From assembly GCA_963795085.1 (NCBI GenBank), contig CAWCFX010000001.1, positions 160,001 to 224,000 of the forward strand: DNA of 64,000 nt, given 5' to 3'. The stretch is from an uncultured Gemmatimonadales bacterium. GTDB taxonomy: Bacteria; Gemmatimonadota; Gemmatimonadetes; Gemmatimonadales; GWC2-71-9. Both the position numbers and the translations under genes were made by a program. Under the pieces are notes generated by a model. The model was not told the DNA's origin. It ran no database searches and saw nothing but the letters and a program-made list of their open reading frames with translations. The stretch's first letter is position 1. Each line of letters starts with the position of its first letter. Of this stretch, positions 45,425 through 54,888 are shown one piece after another.

Positions 45425-47101
45425 ATGACCAACACCACCGCTTCCTTCACCGACCTCGGCATTTCCGCCTCGCTGGTGGAGGGTTTGGCGTCCCTGGGCT
45501 ACGAAGAACCCACCCCGATCCAGCGGGAAGCGATCCCGCCGCTCCTGGCGGGGAAAGATCTCGTGGGCCAGGCAGCCACTGGCACCGGCAAGACGGCGGC
45601 GTTCGCGTTGCCGCTGCTCCAGCGCCTCTCTCCGGGCGAGGCTCCGCCCTCCGCGCCATCCATCCTCGTCCTGGTGCCGACCCGGGAACTGGCCATGCAG
45701 GTCGCTGAGGCCTTTCACCGCTATGGCCGGCCGATCGGCGCGCGGGTGGTTCCGATCTACGGTGGCCAGGAGTTCAGCCAGCAGATCCGGGCTCTGCGGC
45801 GCGGGGTGCACGTCGTCGTCGCAACGCCGGGCCGGGCTATCGACCACCTGCGCCGCCGCACGCTGGTGTTCGATACGGTCACCTCGGTGGTGCTCGATGA
45901 GGCCGACGAAATGCTGGACATGGGGTTCGCGGAGGATATCGAGGCGCTGCTCGGCGCGGTGCCCGCCAGCCGGCAGACCGCGCTCTTCTCCGCCACCATG
46001 CCGCCCCGCATCCAGGGCATCGCCGAACGGCACCTTCGCGATCCGCACCGCATCACCATCGCCCGGGAGACGACGGCCGCCGGCGAGTTACCCCGGGTGC
46101 GCCAGACGGCCTACCTGGTCTCCCGGGCCCACAAGGTCGCGGCACTGGGCCGGATCCTCGACCTCGAGGCCGCCGCCCTGGCGCTGGTGTTCTGCCGGAC
46201 CCGCACCGAAGTGGATTCCCTGGCCGAAACGCTCTCCGGACACGGCTACCGTGCCGAGGCGCTGCATGGCGGAATGAGCCAGGAGCAGCGGGACCGGGTG
46301 ATGAAGCGCACCCGGGCCGGCGGGGTGGACCTGCTCATCGCCACCGATGTCGCCGCTCGCGGGCTCGACATCGAGCAACTGAGCCATGTCATCAATTTCA
46401 ATGTCCCGGAGTCCGCGGCGGCCTATGTGCACCGCATCGGGCGGACCGGCCGGGCGGGCCGGGAAGGGGTAGCCATCACCCTGGTGGAGCCCCGGGAACA
46501 CCGGATGCTCCGGACCATCGAGCAGGTCACCCGGGCCCGCATCGACGTAGCCCAGGTCCCTTCGCTGCCGGACGTCCGGGCGAAGCGCCTCGACCTGACC
46601 CGGGCGATGCTCCGCGAGCGGATCGCCGCCGGCGGTCACGATCATTACCGCGTCGTGGTCGAGGCCCTGGCCGATGAGTTCGACCTCATGGATATCGGCG
46701 CGGCCGCGGTGCAGCTGATCCACGAGGCCTCGACCGGCGGAAAGGAGGAGACCGAGATACCCATCGAGCCGCTGCCGACAGGGAAAAAGGCGGGCCAGGC
46801 TGGAAAACCGGCGAGGGCCAGGGCCAGGGCCAGGCCGCCGGGGGCGGGTCTATCCAGTGTGTTCATCGGTGCGGGCAAGAAGGATAACATGCGCCCAACA
46901 GACATCGTGGGCGCCATCGCCAATGAAGCGGGGATCGACGCCCGGACCATCGGGACCATCGAGATCGGGGACCGGTTCTCCCTCGTGGAGCTGCCGGAAG
47001 AGGTGACCGACCAGGTGATTGCCGCGCTCCGGGCAACCAAGGTGAAGGGCAAGAAGCTGACGGTCCGCCGGGACAAGGCCAAGACCCGGCGCCCGGGCTA
47101 G
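45425..47101 (+). CDS. DEAD-box RNA helicase with DbpA RNA-binding domain (DeaD/CsdA-like)
   Basis: Q motif PTPIQ, ATGTGKT, PTRELA, DEAD, SAT, HRIGRTGR, C-term RPTDIVGAIANE. Confidence 0.93.
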   Translation: MTNTTASFTDLGISASLVEGLASLGYEEPTPIQREAIPPLLAGKDLVGQAATGTGKTAAFALPLLQRLSPGEAPPSAPSILVLVPTRELAMQVAEAFHRYGRPIGARVVPIYGGQEFSQQIRALRRGVHVVVATPGRAIDHLRRRTLVFDTVTSVVLDEADEMLDMGFAEDIEALLGAVPASRQTALFSATMPPRIQGIAERHLRDPHRITIARETTAAGELPRVRQTAYLVSRAHKVAALGRILDLEAAALALVFCRTRTEVDSLAETLSGHGYRAEALHGGMSQEQRDRVMKRTRAGGVDLLIATDVAARGLDIEQLSHVINFNVPESAAAYVHRIGRTGRAGREGVAITLVEPREHRMLRTIEQVTRARIDVAQVPSLPDVRAKRLDLTRAMLRERIAAGGHDHYRVVVEALADEFDLMDIGAAAVQLIHEASTGGKEETEIPIEPLPTGKKAGQAGKPARARARARPPGAGLSSVFIGAGKKDNMRPTDIVGAIANEAGIDARTIGTIEIGDRFSLVELPEEVTDQVIAALRATKVKGKKLTVRRDKAKTRRPG

Positions 47102-48993
47102 CCGCCGCTCTCGCCCGCCAGGGTTTCCAGCTCTTCCCACCGCCGTTCCACCGCCGCCAATTCCTCGCCCAGGGATTCCAGCCGGAGCTTGGCCTGGGCA
47201 GCGGCGGCGCCGTCCCGGAGAACGGCCGGATCGGCCAGGGACGCGTAGAGCCCGCCCCGCTCCTGCTCCAGGGCGTGGATCCGATCCGGCAGGCCGGCCA
47301 GCTCCTTCTTTTCCTTGATGGAGAGCTTTCTCCTGGCGGCCGGCCTGGCGATGGCGGCCGCCCTGGGCGGCGGCTTTACCGGGGCGGGGGTCGGCCGGGT
47401 CCGGGCCCGCTGACGGGCCCAGTCGCTGTAGCCGCCGGCATATTCTCCCACCCACCCGTGGCCTTCCATTACCAGCGTGCTCGTCACCACGTTGTCGAGG
47501 AATGTCCGGTCATGGCTCACCACCAGCAGCGTTCCCGAGTACTCCAGCAGCAGATCCTCCAGCAGGTCGAGAGTCTCGATGTCCAGGTCGTTGGTGGGCT
47601 CGTCCATCGCGAGGACATTAAATGACCTGGTAAAGAGCCGGGCCAGGAGCAGCCGGTTCCGCTCCCCGCCGGAGAGGGCTCGCACCGGGGTCCGCGCCCG
47701 CTCCGGGGGAAAGAGAAAATCCTGGAGATATCCCAGCACGTGCTTCCGGTTCTCGCCGATATCCACGAACTCGGCCCCGCCCGCAATGCTCTCCTGCACA
47801 GTCCGGTTCGGGTCCAGTTGCTCCCGCAGCTGGTCGAAATAGGCGATCTCGATTCCGGTGCCCGGGCGAACCACGCCGCTGTCGGGTGGGATCTCCCCGA
47901 GCAGCAGGCGAAGGAGGGTCGTCTTGCCGGACCCGTTGGGCCCGATGATGCCGATCCGGTCCCCCCGTGCCACGGTGGTGGTCAGCTCCCGCACGATGGG
48001 CCGCTCTCCGTGTGCAAAGCTGGCCTCTCGTGCTTCCACCACGATGCGGCCGCCGCGTTCCGCTTCCTGGGCCGTGAGGCGCACGGTGCCTTCCCGCTCC
48101 CGCCGGGCCGCCCGTTCCCGCCGCATCGCTTCCAGGGAGCGGACCCGGCCTTCGTTGCGGGTGCGCCGGGCCTTGATGCCCTGCCGGATCCACGCCTCTT
48201 CCCGCGCCAGCTGCTTGTCGAACTCGGCCCACTCCCGTTCTTCGGCCGCGAGCGCGGCATCCTTCCGCTCGAGGTAGGCGGTGTAGTCCACGCCCCAGTC
48301 CATCAGCCGGCCCCGGTCCAGCTCGACGATCCGGGTCGCCAGCCGGCTCAGGAAGGTCCGGTCGTGGGTAACGAAGCAGAGAGCGCCTTTGCGGCCGCGA
48401 AGAAAATCCTCCATCCATTCGATCGCGTCCACGTCGAGATGGTTCGTCGGTTCGTCCAGCAGGAGCACGTCGGGATCCCGCACCAGGGCCCGGGCGAGGA
48501 GCGCCTGCCGCTTACGGCCGCCGGAGAGCCGGACGAACGGCGCCTCCTGGTCCAGTCCCAGGTGAGAAATCACTGTCTCGACCTGGCTCTGGAACTGCCA
48601 GGCGCCGGCCACATCCAGCTCGTGGTGCAGGCGGCCGAGGTCGCGGAGGGCGTTGGCATCTCCGTTCCCGACCCGCACACCGGCCTCGTGGTAGCGGGCC
48701 AGCAGGGTGCCGGTATCGCCGAGCCCCGCGGCCACCACGTCGAAGACGCTGCCGGGGACCTCGCCGGGGATCTCCTGCTCCAGCCGGGCCACCGTGACCC
48801 CGCCCTGCCGCACGATCTCCCCGCGGTCGGGGTTAAGGGAACCGTCGAGCAGCTTCATGACCGTGCTCTTGCCGGCGCCGTTCCGGCCCAGCAGGCAGAC
48901 CCGCTCCCCCCGGTCGATCCCGAAGGACGCGCCCTCCAGAATTGGCGGGCCGCCAAAGGCGATGGTCAGATCCCGCATGCCCAGCAAAGCCAT
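47098..48993 (-). CDS. uup: ABC-F family ATPase (Uup-like)
   Basis: Two NBDs (GRNGAGKST, GPNGSGKTT), WIRQGIKARRTRNEGRVR linker, C-terminal coiled coil. Confidence 0.85.
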   Translation of the reverse strand: MALLGMRDLTIAFGGPPILEGASFGIDRGERVCLLGRNGAGKSTVMKLLDGSLNPDRGEIVRQGGVTVARLEQEIPGEVPGSVFDVVAAGLGDTGTLLARYHEAGVRVGNGDANALRDLGRLHHELDVAGAWQFQSQVETVISHLGLDQEAPFVRLSGGRKRQALLARALVRDPDVLLLDEPTNHLDVDAIEWMEDFLRGRKGALCFVTHDRTFLSRLATRIVELDRGRLMDWGVDYTAYLERKDAALAAEEREWAEFDKQLAREEAWIRQGIKARRTRNEGRVRSLEAMRRERAARREREGTVRLTAQEAERGGRIVVEAREASFAHGERPIVRELTTTVARGDRIGIIGPNGSGKTTLLRLLLGEIPPDSGVVRPGTGIEIAYFDQLREQLDPNRTVQESIAGGAEFVDIGENRKHVLGYLQDFLFPPERARTPVRALSGGERNRLLLARLFTRSFNVLAMDEPTNDLDIETLDLLEDLLLEYSGTLLVVSHDRTFLDNVVTSTLVMEGHGWVGEYAGGYSDWARQRARTRPTPAPVKPPPRAAAIARPAARRKLSIKEKKELAGLPDRIHALEQERGGLYASLADPAVLRDGAAAAQAKLRLESLGEELAAVERRWEELETLAGESGG

Positions 48994-49094
48994 TTCTATT
49001 CCCTCTGTAGTAGACGTGCACCTCGCGCAGGTAGAATAGACGGCTCCGGGCATGCAGGAAACCCGACCCCCATCTCCGGCGTACGGCTTCCTCT

Positions 49095-50816
49095 ATGGAT
49101 ATAACATCGCGTCTTCCCGCCGCCTTGGTGGCCCTGCTGCTCGTTACCGCGCCGGCGATCGCCCAGTCGGCGCCTTTCCTCAATATCAATCCGTCCTGGG
49201 CGCCCGATGGTACGCAACTGGTCTTCGAGAGCCGGAGGCACGGCAATCCCCAACTCTACATCGTCCGTGCTGATCGCACCGGTGAACGCCGGCTGACCCG
49301 AAACGGCGGCAGCGACACCCACCCGGCATGGTCTCCCGATGGCGAGTGGATTGTCTTCGACTCAAATCGGGACGGAGTCTGGAACCTCTATCTCATCCGT
49401 CCTGACGGCACCGGTGAACGGCGGCTCACCTATCCCGGCACCAGTCTGGCAAGCGCCGTTGCGCGCCACCCCCAATGGTCGCCCGATGGCCGATCCATTG
49501 TGTTCGACAGTAACCGGGACGGCAACGACGAGCTCTACCGGATGGACTGGAACGGCGGCAGCCTCGTCCGGCTTACCCGGTCTCCCGCCGGCGACGGCCA
49601 CGGTGCCTTCTCCCCCGATGGGCGAACCATTGTTTTTGGCTCCGATCGCGGGGGTTCGGCGGACGTCTGGATCATGGATGCCGATGGCAACAATCCGCGC
49701 AGGCTTACCAGTGAACCGGCAATGGAGTCGGGGGGAAAGTTCTCTCCCGGGGGCCGGCTGATTGCCTTCTTCTCGGTGCTGAACGGCGAGGGCGGTCTCT
49801 ACGTGATGAACCCCGACGGTTCCGGCCGGCATCGGCTCACTCAGGCCACGGATATCGTGTACGAGCTGGCCTGGTCCCCCAATGGCCAGGAGATCGCGTT
49901 CTATTCCGACCGGACCGGTCAGTTCGAACTCTATGTGATGCCGGCAGGAGGAGGCGAAGCCCGCCAGTTGACAGCCTCGCGGTATGAGAATGCCTGGCCG
50001 GCATGGGCTGACGATGGCCAATCGGTCGTATTCGCTTCCAACCGGGAGGGCGGCGACTGGGAGATCTATCTCACCGCGGCCGGCGATTCCTCCACGCGGC
50101 GGTTGACCTACAGCCCCGGGCGCGATGCCCATCCGGTGTTTGGCCGGGATGGCCGAATCTACTTCCAATCGCCACGGAGCGACTCGGCGCCGGGCGAGGT
50201 GGACCTGTTTGTCATGAATCCGGACGGAAGCCAGCAGCGCCGGCTGGTCAGCAGCCCGGGGTTTGACGGCGTTCCTTCAATCTCGCCGGATGGCAGATGG
50301 ATCGCCTTTCAGCGGGGAACCCGGACCAGCGACGGTTATCGTTGGGAGCTGATCCTGGCCGATACCATCGGCGGCCAGGAGCGCAAGCTGACCAGCGCCA
50401 CCTGGAGCAGCCAGGTGCCGACCTGGACGCCTGACGGGAAGAACGTCATTTTTCATGCCGACTCGAGCGGCCGCAACGGGATCTATATCCTGAACCTGGC
50501 CAGCGGCCGGACCCGGCTGATATATGAGAACCTGGCCCAGAGCGAAACACCGTCTCTCTCCCCCAATGGCCGGTTCATCGCCTTCGTCTCCACCAGGGAC
50601 GGCCCGCGGGACCTCTACCGGATGAACACCAACGGCACCGGCGTTGTCCGCCTCACCGATGGCCAGGATGTGCAGTCCCAGCCCAGTTGGTCCAGCGACA
50701 GCTCGCAGATCCTCTTTTCCGGACTGGCGACCGGGGTATCCGAGGTGTACCTGATACAATCCGACGGCACCGGGCTGGTCCGCATTACCCAGGGAACCGA
50801 GGGATGGAGACCGTAG
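49095..50816 (+). CDS. Secreted TolB-like PD40/WD40 repeat protein, probably two beta-propellers
   Basis: Signal peptide; about 12 PxWSPDG..IxF.S.R.G repeats. Confidence 0.85.
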   Translation: MDITSRLPAALVALLLVTAPAIAQSAPFLNINPSWAPDGTQLVFESRRHGNPQLYIVRADRTGERRLTRNGGSDTHPAWSPDGEWIVFDSNRDGVWNLYLIRPDGTGERRLTYPGTSLASAVARHPQWSPDGRSIVFDSNRDGNDELYRMDWNGGSLVRLTRSPAGDGHGAFSPDGRTIVFGSDRGGSADVWIMDADGNNPRRLTSEPAMESGGKFSPGGRLIAFFSVLNGEGGLYVMNPDGSGRHRLTQATDIVYELAWSPNGQEIAFYSDRTGQFELYVMPAGGGEARQLTASRYENAWPAWADDGQSVVFASNREGGDWEIYLTAAGDSSTRRLTYSPGRDAHPVFGRDGRIYFQSPRSDSAPGEVDLFVMNPDGSQQRRLVSSPGFDGVPSISPDGRWIAFQRGTRTSDGYRWELILADTIGGQERKLTSATWSSQVPTWTPDGKNVIFHADSSGRNGIYILNLASGRTRLIYENLAQSETPSLSPNGRFIAFVSTRDGPRDLYRMNTNGTGVVRLTDGQDVQSQPSWSSDSSQILFSGLATGVSEVYLIQSDGTGLVRITQGTEGWRP

Positions 50817-50894
50817 AGAAGCCCGGAACTGCCGGGCACCGGCCTCGTCCCCCGGCCGGAGAGCCGTTCTTCGCAGTTCCCATTACCTCCCAGC

Positions 50895-51068
50895 ATGGTC
50901 GCCCTGATGCTGGCATTGGTGTTAGCTCCGCAGCAGGCTGATACCCTCACCTTGCGGCAGGCTCTCGACCTGGCCCGCACCGGTTGGCGCCAGGTCGAGT
51001 TGCCCGGTTCACTCACCGCCGAGGGTCGCGCCGGGGTCGGCATTGCCGGCACGATTCCCCGATGGTAG
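50895..51068 (+). pseudogene. N-terminal fragment of a TolC-family outer-membrane efflux protein
   Basis: Manual translation [41 protein letters not shown] then RW*. Confidence 0.55.
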
Positions 51069-51538
51069 GAATCCTGCTGATTCTCTACTCGGACTTTGAA
51101 TCGGCCCGCCTCACGGCACTCCTCTTTCTCACACTGCCGTTCGCCCTGGTGGGCGGCATCCTGGGCGCCCTGGTCAATGGCGCGGTGTTGTCACTGGGCG
51201 CGCTGGTGGGACTGGTGACCGTCCTGGGCATCGCGGCCCGCAATGGCATCATGCTGGTCAGCCATTACCGGCACCTGGAACAGGAGGAAGGCATGGCCTT
51301 CGGGCCCGAACTGGTGCTCCAGGGCGCCCGGGAACGCCTGCTTCCCATCATCATGACCGCGCTGGTCACCGCCCTCGCGCTGGTTCCGCTGATCATATTC
51401 GGCAACAAGCCCGGCCATGAAATCGAGCACCCGATGGCCGTGGTCATCTTCGGGGGCCTGGTTTCCTCAACGGTGCTCAATCTGTTCCTGATGCCGGCAC
51501 TGTATCTCCGCTTTGGAAAGGGCCGGGAAACGAACTGA
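51062..51538 (+). pseudogene. C-terminal fragment of CusA/CzcA heavy-metal RND transporter
   Basis: [57 protein letters not shown]; only about 158 aa of a roughly 1000-aa family. Confidence 0.8.
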
Positions 51539-51556
51539 AATGCCACCAATAGAGAA

Positions 51557-51623
51557 CCCGGAGGATGACTCCGGGCACTCTGCACTCTGCACTCTGCACT
51601 CTGCCCTCTGCACTCTGCCCTCT
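51557..51623. repeat. Small hairpin plus heptamer tandem (GCACTCT)7
   Basis: CCCGGAG-GATGA-CTCCGGG then GCACTCT x4, GCCCTCT, GCACTCT, GCCCTCT (51575-51623). Confidence 0.9.
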
Positions 51624-52280
51624 CTACTCTATCACCACGTACCGCTCCAGCCTCGCCACTTCCTTCTCGTTCACGTATTTTCCGATCTCGCGCCGGAACC
51701 GCGCGATGTTGTCGTAGGGCCGGTACTCCTTGAACTCGCGCAGCATCCGGTTGCCCACGCCGGGGATGGTCAGGATATCGGCATCGGTGGCGGTGTTCAG
51801 GTTGACCGGTACGAAGACGTATCCGCTGAGCCGGTCCAGCTCCTTATCGTCCACGTACTTGCCAATCTCCCGCCGGAACTGCGCCAACCCGCGGTAGGGG
51901 CGGTACTCCTCGAATTCGTGCAGCATCCGGTTCCCCACCCCGGGGATCAGCAGGATCTCTTCTTTCGAAGCCGTGTTCAGGTTGATATGCACGAACATCC
52001 GCCCATACAATTCCCGGCGCTGGTCGGCGCTGAGGGTCTGGGCCAGGAAGGTGTTCAGGTCGGTCATGCCCAGGAAAGGACGCCGCTCGACGATACCCCT
52101 GGCCAGCGCCGGGGTCAGGTGGGGCAGGGCGGCGAGGTCCTGTTCGGTGGCAATATTGGGATCCACCATCCCGGGCTGGCGGCCGACCTGGGCGTGGACC
52201 ACGGCGCTGGCGCCGCCCAGGAACAGGGCAGCCAGGAGCAGGGCAAAGCGGGTCGCGCGGCATGCGGACAATGTGGTCAT
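51624..52280 (-). CDS. Secreted helix-hairpin-helix repeat protein (ComEA-like HhH x3)
   Basis: Signal peptide VVHAQ; DPNIAT..LPHL; INLNTAS..IPGVGNRM; VNLNTAT..IPGVGNRM. Confidence 0.78.
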   Translation of the reverse strand: MTTLSACRATRFALLLAALFLGGASAVVHAQVGRQPGMVDPNIATEQDLAALPHLTPALARGIVERRPFLGMTDLNTFLAQTLSADQRRELYGRMFVHINLNTASKEEILLIPGVGNRMLHEFEEYRPYRGLAQFRREIGKYVDDKELDRLSGYVFVPVNLNTATDADILTIPGVGNRMLREFKEYRPYDNIARFRREIGKYVNEKEVARLERYVVIE

Positions 52281-52297
52281 GATTCCTCGGGGTGAAC

Positions 52298-52741
52298 TCA
52301 GTGGACGTCCTCGCGAAACCGCGAAGACGTGTATAACAGGCCGATGGCGCCGAGCAGGATCATGGTGCCGGGCGCCAGGGCCGGTGTGGCGCCGGACATG
52401 GCCTCACGGAACAGCGCCCACCCGCGGATACCGGGCAGGCTCTCGACCTCGAACTCGACATTGCCCCGGTAGTGCTGCAGGGCCCCCACCGCCCCGCTGG
52501 CCAGGGAAATAAACATCAGGATCCGCAGCGTGAGGAGACTGGCCCGGTTGCCGCTCCCCCGGTGCCATGCCAGGGCGGCCAGGCTCAGGGCGATGATGCC
52601 CAGGGGTGCCAGCTGCCAGAAGTCCTCGGTATGACCCAGCAGCAACAGCTCGGCCCCGGTTCCCAGCATCCCGATGGTCAAAAGCCACAGAAGTGCCAGC
52701 CTGATTCCCCTAAGGTTTTCCCGCAGGCGGTCGGTGGACAT
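52298..52741 (-). CDS. Hypothetical membrane protein (about 4 TM)
   Basis: Hydrophobic segments; ELLLLGHTE, HYRGNVEFE, GATPALAPG. Confidence 0.65.
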   Translation of the reverse strand: MSTDRLRENLRGIRLALLWLLTIGMLGTGAELLLLGHTEDFWQLAPLGIIALSLAALAWHRGSGNRASLLTLRILMFISLASGAVGALQHYRGNVEFEVESLPGIRGWALFREAMSGATPALAPGTMILLGAIGLLYTSSRFREDVH

Positions 52742-52881
52742 GGGGAAACCCTAACGGATGACAGTGGATACGACAATCCGGGTCATTGCCCGGCTGCCTC
52801 GCTCTACGCATAATAGACCAGGAGTGCTGAACCCTGCTTCCCGCCGGAGTGCTGCCCGGATGGAAGTGCCAAGGAGATCAT

Positions 52882-54888
52882 GTGTCCGCTGGCGTGAACC
52901 GGTGGTTTCTGGCGCTTGCCCTTGCAGGCGCGATATTACAATCGCAGCACGCGCAGGCCCAGGAAGCGGATTCCATGATCCAGGACCTGGTCGGGCTCGA
53001 TCTCGAGCAATTGGGCCAGATCAGGATCACTTCGGTATCCCGGCGACCGGAATCCATCGCCCAGGCCACCGCGGCCGTCACGGTCATCTCCCATGACGAG
53101 ATCCGCCGTTCCGGGGCCAGCAACCTGGCCGAAGTGCTCCAACTTGTTCCCGGCTTGCAGGTCGCGCGGGTCAGCACCCGGGAATGGGCCATCACCGCCC
53201 GCGGTTTCACCGAGTCCTCCCCCAACAAGCTCCTGGTCCTGATCGATGGCCGCGCGATTTACTCGCATCTGTTCGCCGGCGTGTTCTGGGAACTGCAGGA
53301 AATCCCGTTGGAACAGATCGACCGGATCGAGGTCATCCTGGGCCCGGGCGCCACGCTCTGGGGCTCCAACGCGGTGAACGGCGTCATCAATGTGACCACC
53401 CGGACGGCCACCCAGACCCTGGGCGCCCGAGTCGGGGTCCGGGCTGGAACCAACGACCGCCTCAAGGCCGGAGGCCGCTACGGCGTTCCGCTCGGGTCCC
53501 GCGGTGGAGTCCGCGTCTACCTCCAGCATGACAACCGGGGCCCCAGCCATCTCCCTGATGGAGGCCGGGGGCGGGACCGGTGGCGCCAGACCCAGGCCGG
53601 GTTCCGTCTCGATCTCGGGAGCACCGGCACCAGTTCGTACACCGTACAGGGGGATATTTACACCGGTACCGGCGGCCAGCGGGCGGTTCGGTTTTCTCCC
53701 GGCCCGCCGTACAGCGAAGTCGTCAACGATGAGCTGACAGTCAACGGCGGGAATCTGCTGGCCCGGTACATCCGGCGGATCGGCGGCGCCTCGGAGTTGC
53801 GGTTACAGACCTACTATGACCGTTCCTTCCGCCGGGTATCGGCGTCCTTCGGGTCGGTGGCGGTGAGCGTCTTCGATGTGGAGGCGCAGTACACCTGGGC
53901 CCTGGCCGCCCGCCACCAGCTGATGTGGGGCGCCGGGTATCGCATCAACACGGACAGTCTCAGCGGCACCTTTACGCTGATGCTGAACCCGCGGTCCCGC
54001 ACCACCCACCTGCTGACCGCCTTTGCGCAGGACGAGATTGCCCTGGCCCGGGACCGCTGGTACCTGACCCTCGGCGCGAAACTGGAACACAACGCGTATT
54101 CGGGAATCGAAATGCAGCCCAACCTCCGGCTGCGCTGGAGCCCTAACCCGCATCACACGGTCTGGTCGGCGGTGTCCCGGTCGGTCCGGACTCCTTCGCG
54201 CATCGATACCGACCTCCGGGCGGTCTCCAGCGTGGCCCCGGGTATGCCCCCGACTGTGGTCGAGTTTTTTGGCAATCCGGATTTCGAGCCCGAGGCGCTG
54301 ATCGCCTATGAAGTGGGGTATCGCGGCCGCCTGAGCCGCAAGGTCAGCGCGGACCTGGCGCTGTACTACAACGACTATGACCGGTTGAGGACCATCCTGC
54401 CCCTCCCGGCGCGGTCCGACACCGGCGGCTTCACCTCGGTTCCCATCATCCTTCGCAACGACGGCGAGGGGCATTCCCACGGAGGGACCGCGGTCGTCAG
54501 CTGGCAGCCCCATCACCGTGTCCTGGTCCGCGGCAGCTACACCCACCTCCAGAGCGACGTGGCCCTGTCGGACGGCGCCCCGTCCGGCGCGGCGAACACC
54601 ATCACCCCGGGGCTCAATCCCCGGCACATGGCGCGGCTGGCGGGATCGTTCACGCTGCCCGGCGGACTGTACCTGGACCTGGCGCTTCGGTTCATGGGTG
54701 AACTTCCCTCACCTCCGATCCAAGACTACCTGGAAGCCGATGCCCGTCTGGCCTGGGCCTTTCGTCCCAACGGCACCCTTGCCCTCATCGGCCGCAACCT
54801 GGTTGCCGCCCAGCATGCCGAGTTTCCCAGCGCTCTGAACCGCGAGATTCAGCGGAGTGCGCACCTTCAATTCGAGTGGCTGTTTTGA
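52882..54888 (+). CDS. TonB-dependent receptor (YfiR-associated type)
   Basis: AGGAG RBS + GTG; LDLEQL..ITSVSRR, ARGF..NKLLVLIDGR, RIEVILGPGATLWGSNAVNGVINV, C-terminal EWLF. Confidence 0.9.
   Translation: MSAGVNRWFLALALAGAILQSQHAQAQEADSMIQDLVGLDLEQLGQIRITSVSRRPESIAQATAAVTVISHDEIRRSGASNLAEVLQLVPGLQVARVSTREWAITARGFTESSPNKLLVLIDGRAIYSHLFAGVFWELQEIPLEQIDRIEVILGPGATLWGSNAVNGVINVTTRTATQTLGARVGVRAGTNDRLKAGGRYGVPLGSRGGVRVYLQHDNRGPSHLPDGGRGRDRWRQTQAGFRLDLGSTGTSSYTVQGDIYTGTGGQRAVRFSPGPPYSEVVNDELTVNGGNLLARYIRRIGGASELRLQTYYDRSFRRVSASFGSVAVSVFDVEAQYTWALAARHQLMWGAGYRINTDSLSGTFTLMLNPRSRTTHLLTAFAQDEIALARDRWYLTLGAKLEHNAYSGIEMQPNLRLRWSPNPHHTVWSAVSRSVRTPSRIDTDLRAVSSVAPGMPPTVVEFFGNPDFEPEALIAYEVGYRGRLSRKVSADLALYYNDYDRLRTILPLPARSDTGGFTSVPIILRNDGEGHSHGGTAVVSWQPHHRVLVRGSYTHLQSDVALSDGAPSGAANTITPGLNPRHMARLAGSFTLPGGLYLDLALRFMGELPSPPIQDYLEADARLAWAFRPNGTLALIGRNLVAAQHAEFPSALNREIQRSAHLQFEWLF

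Noticed and set aside
46814..46836. AGGGCC hexamer repeat
   Set aside because: Encodes an ARARAR low-complexity linker inside the helicase.
49095..50816. Calling this gene tolB
   Set aside because: Lacks the TolB N-terminal domain and tol-pal context.
51640..52000. Internal DNA repeat as a TR/VR pair or mobile-element end
   Set aside because: In-frame domain duplication inside the HhH protein; differences are not adenine-specific.
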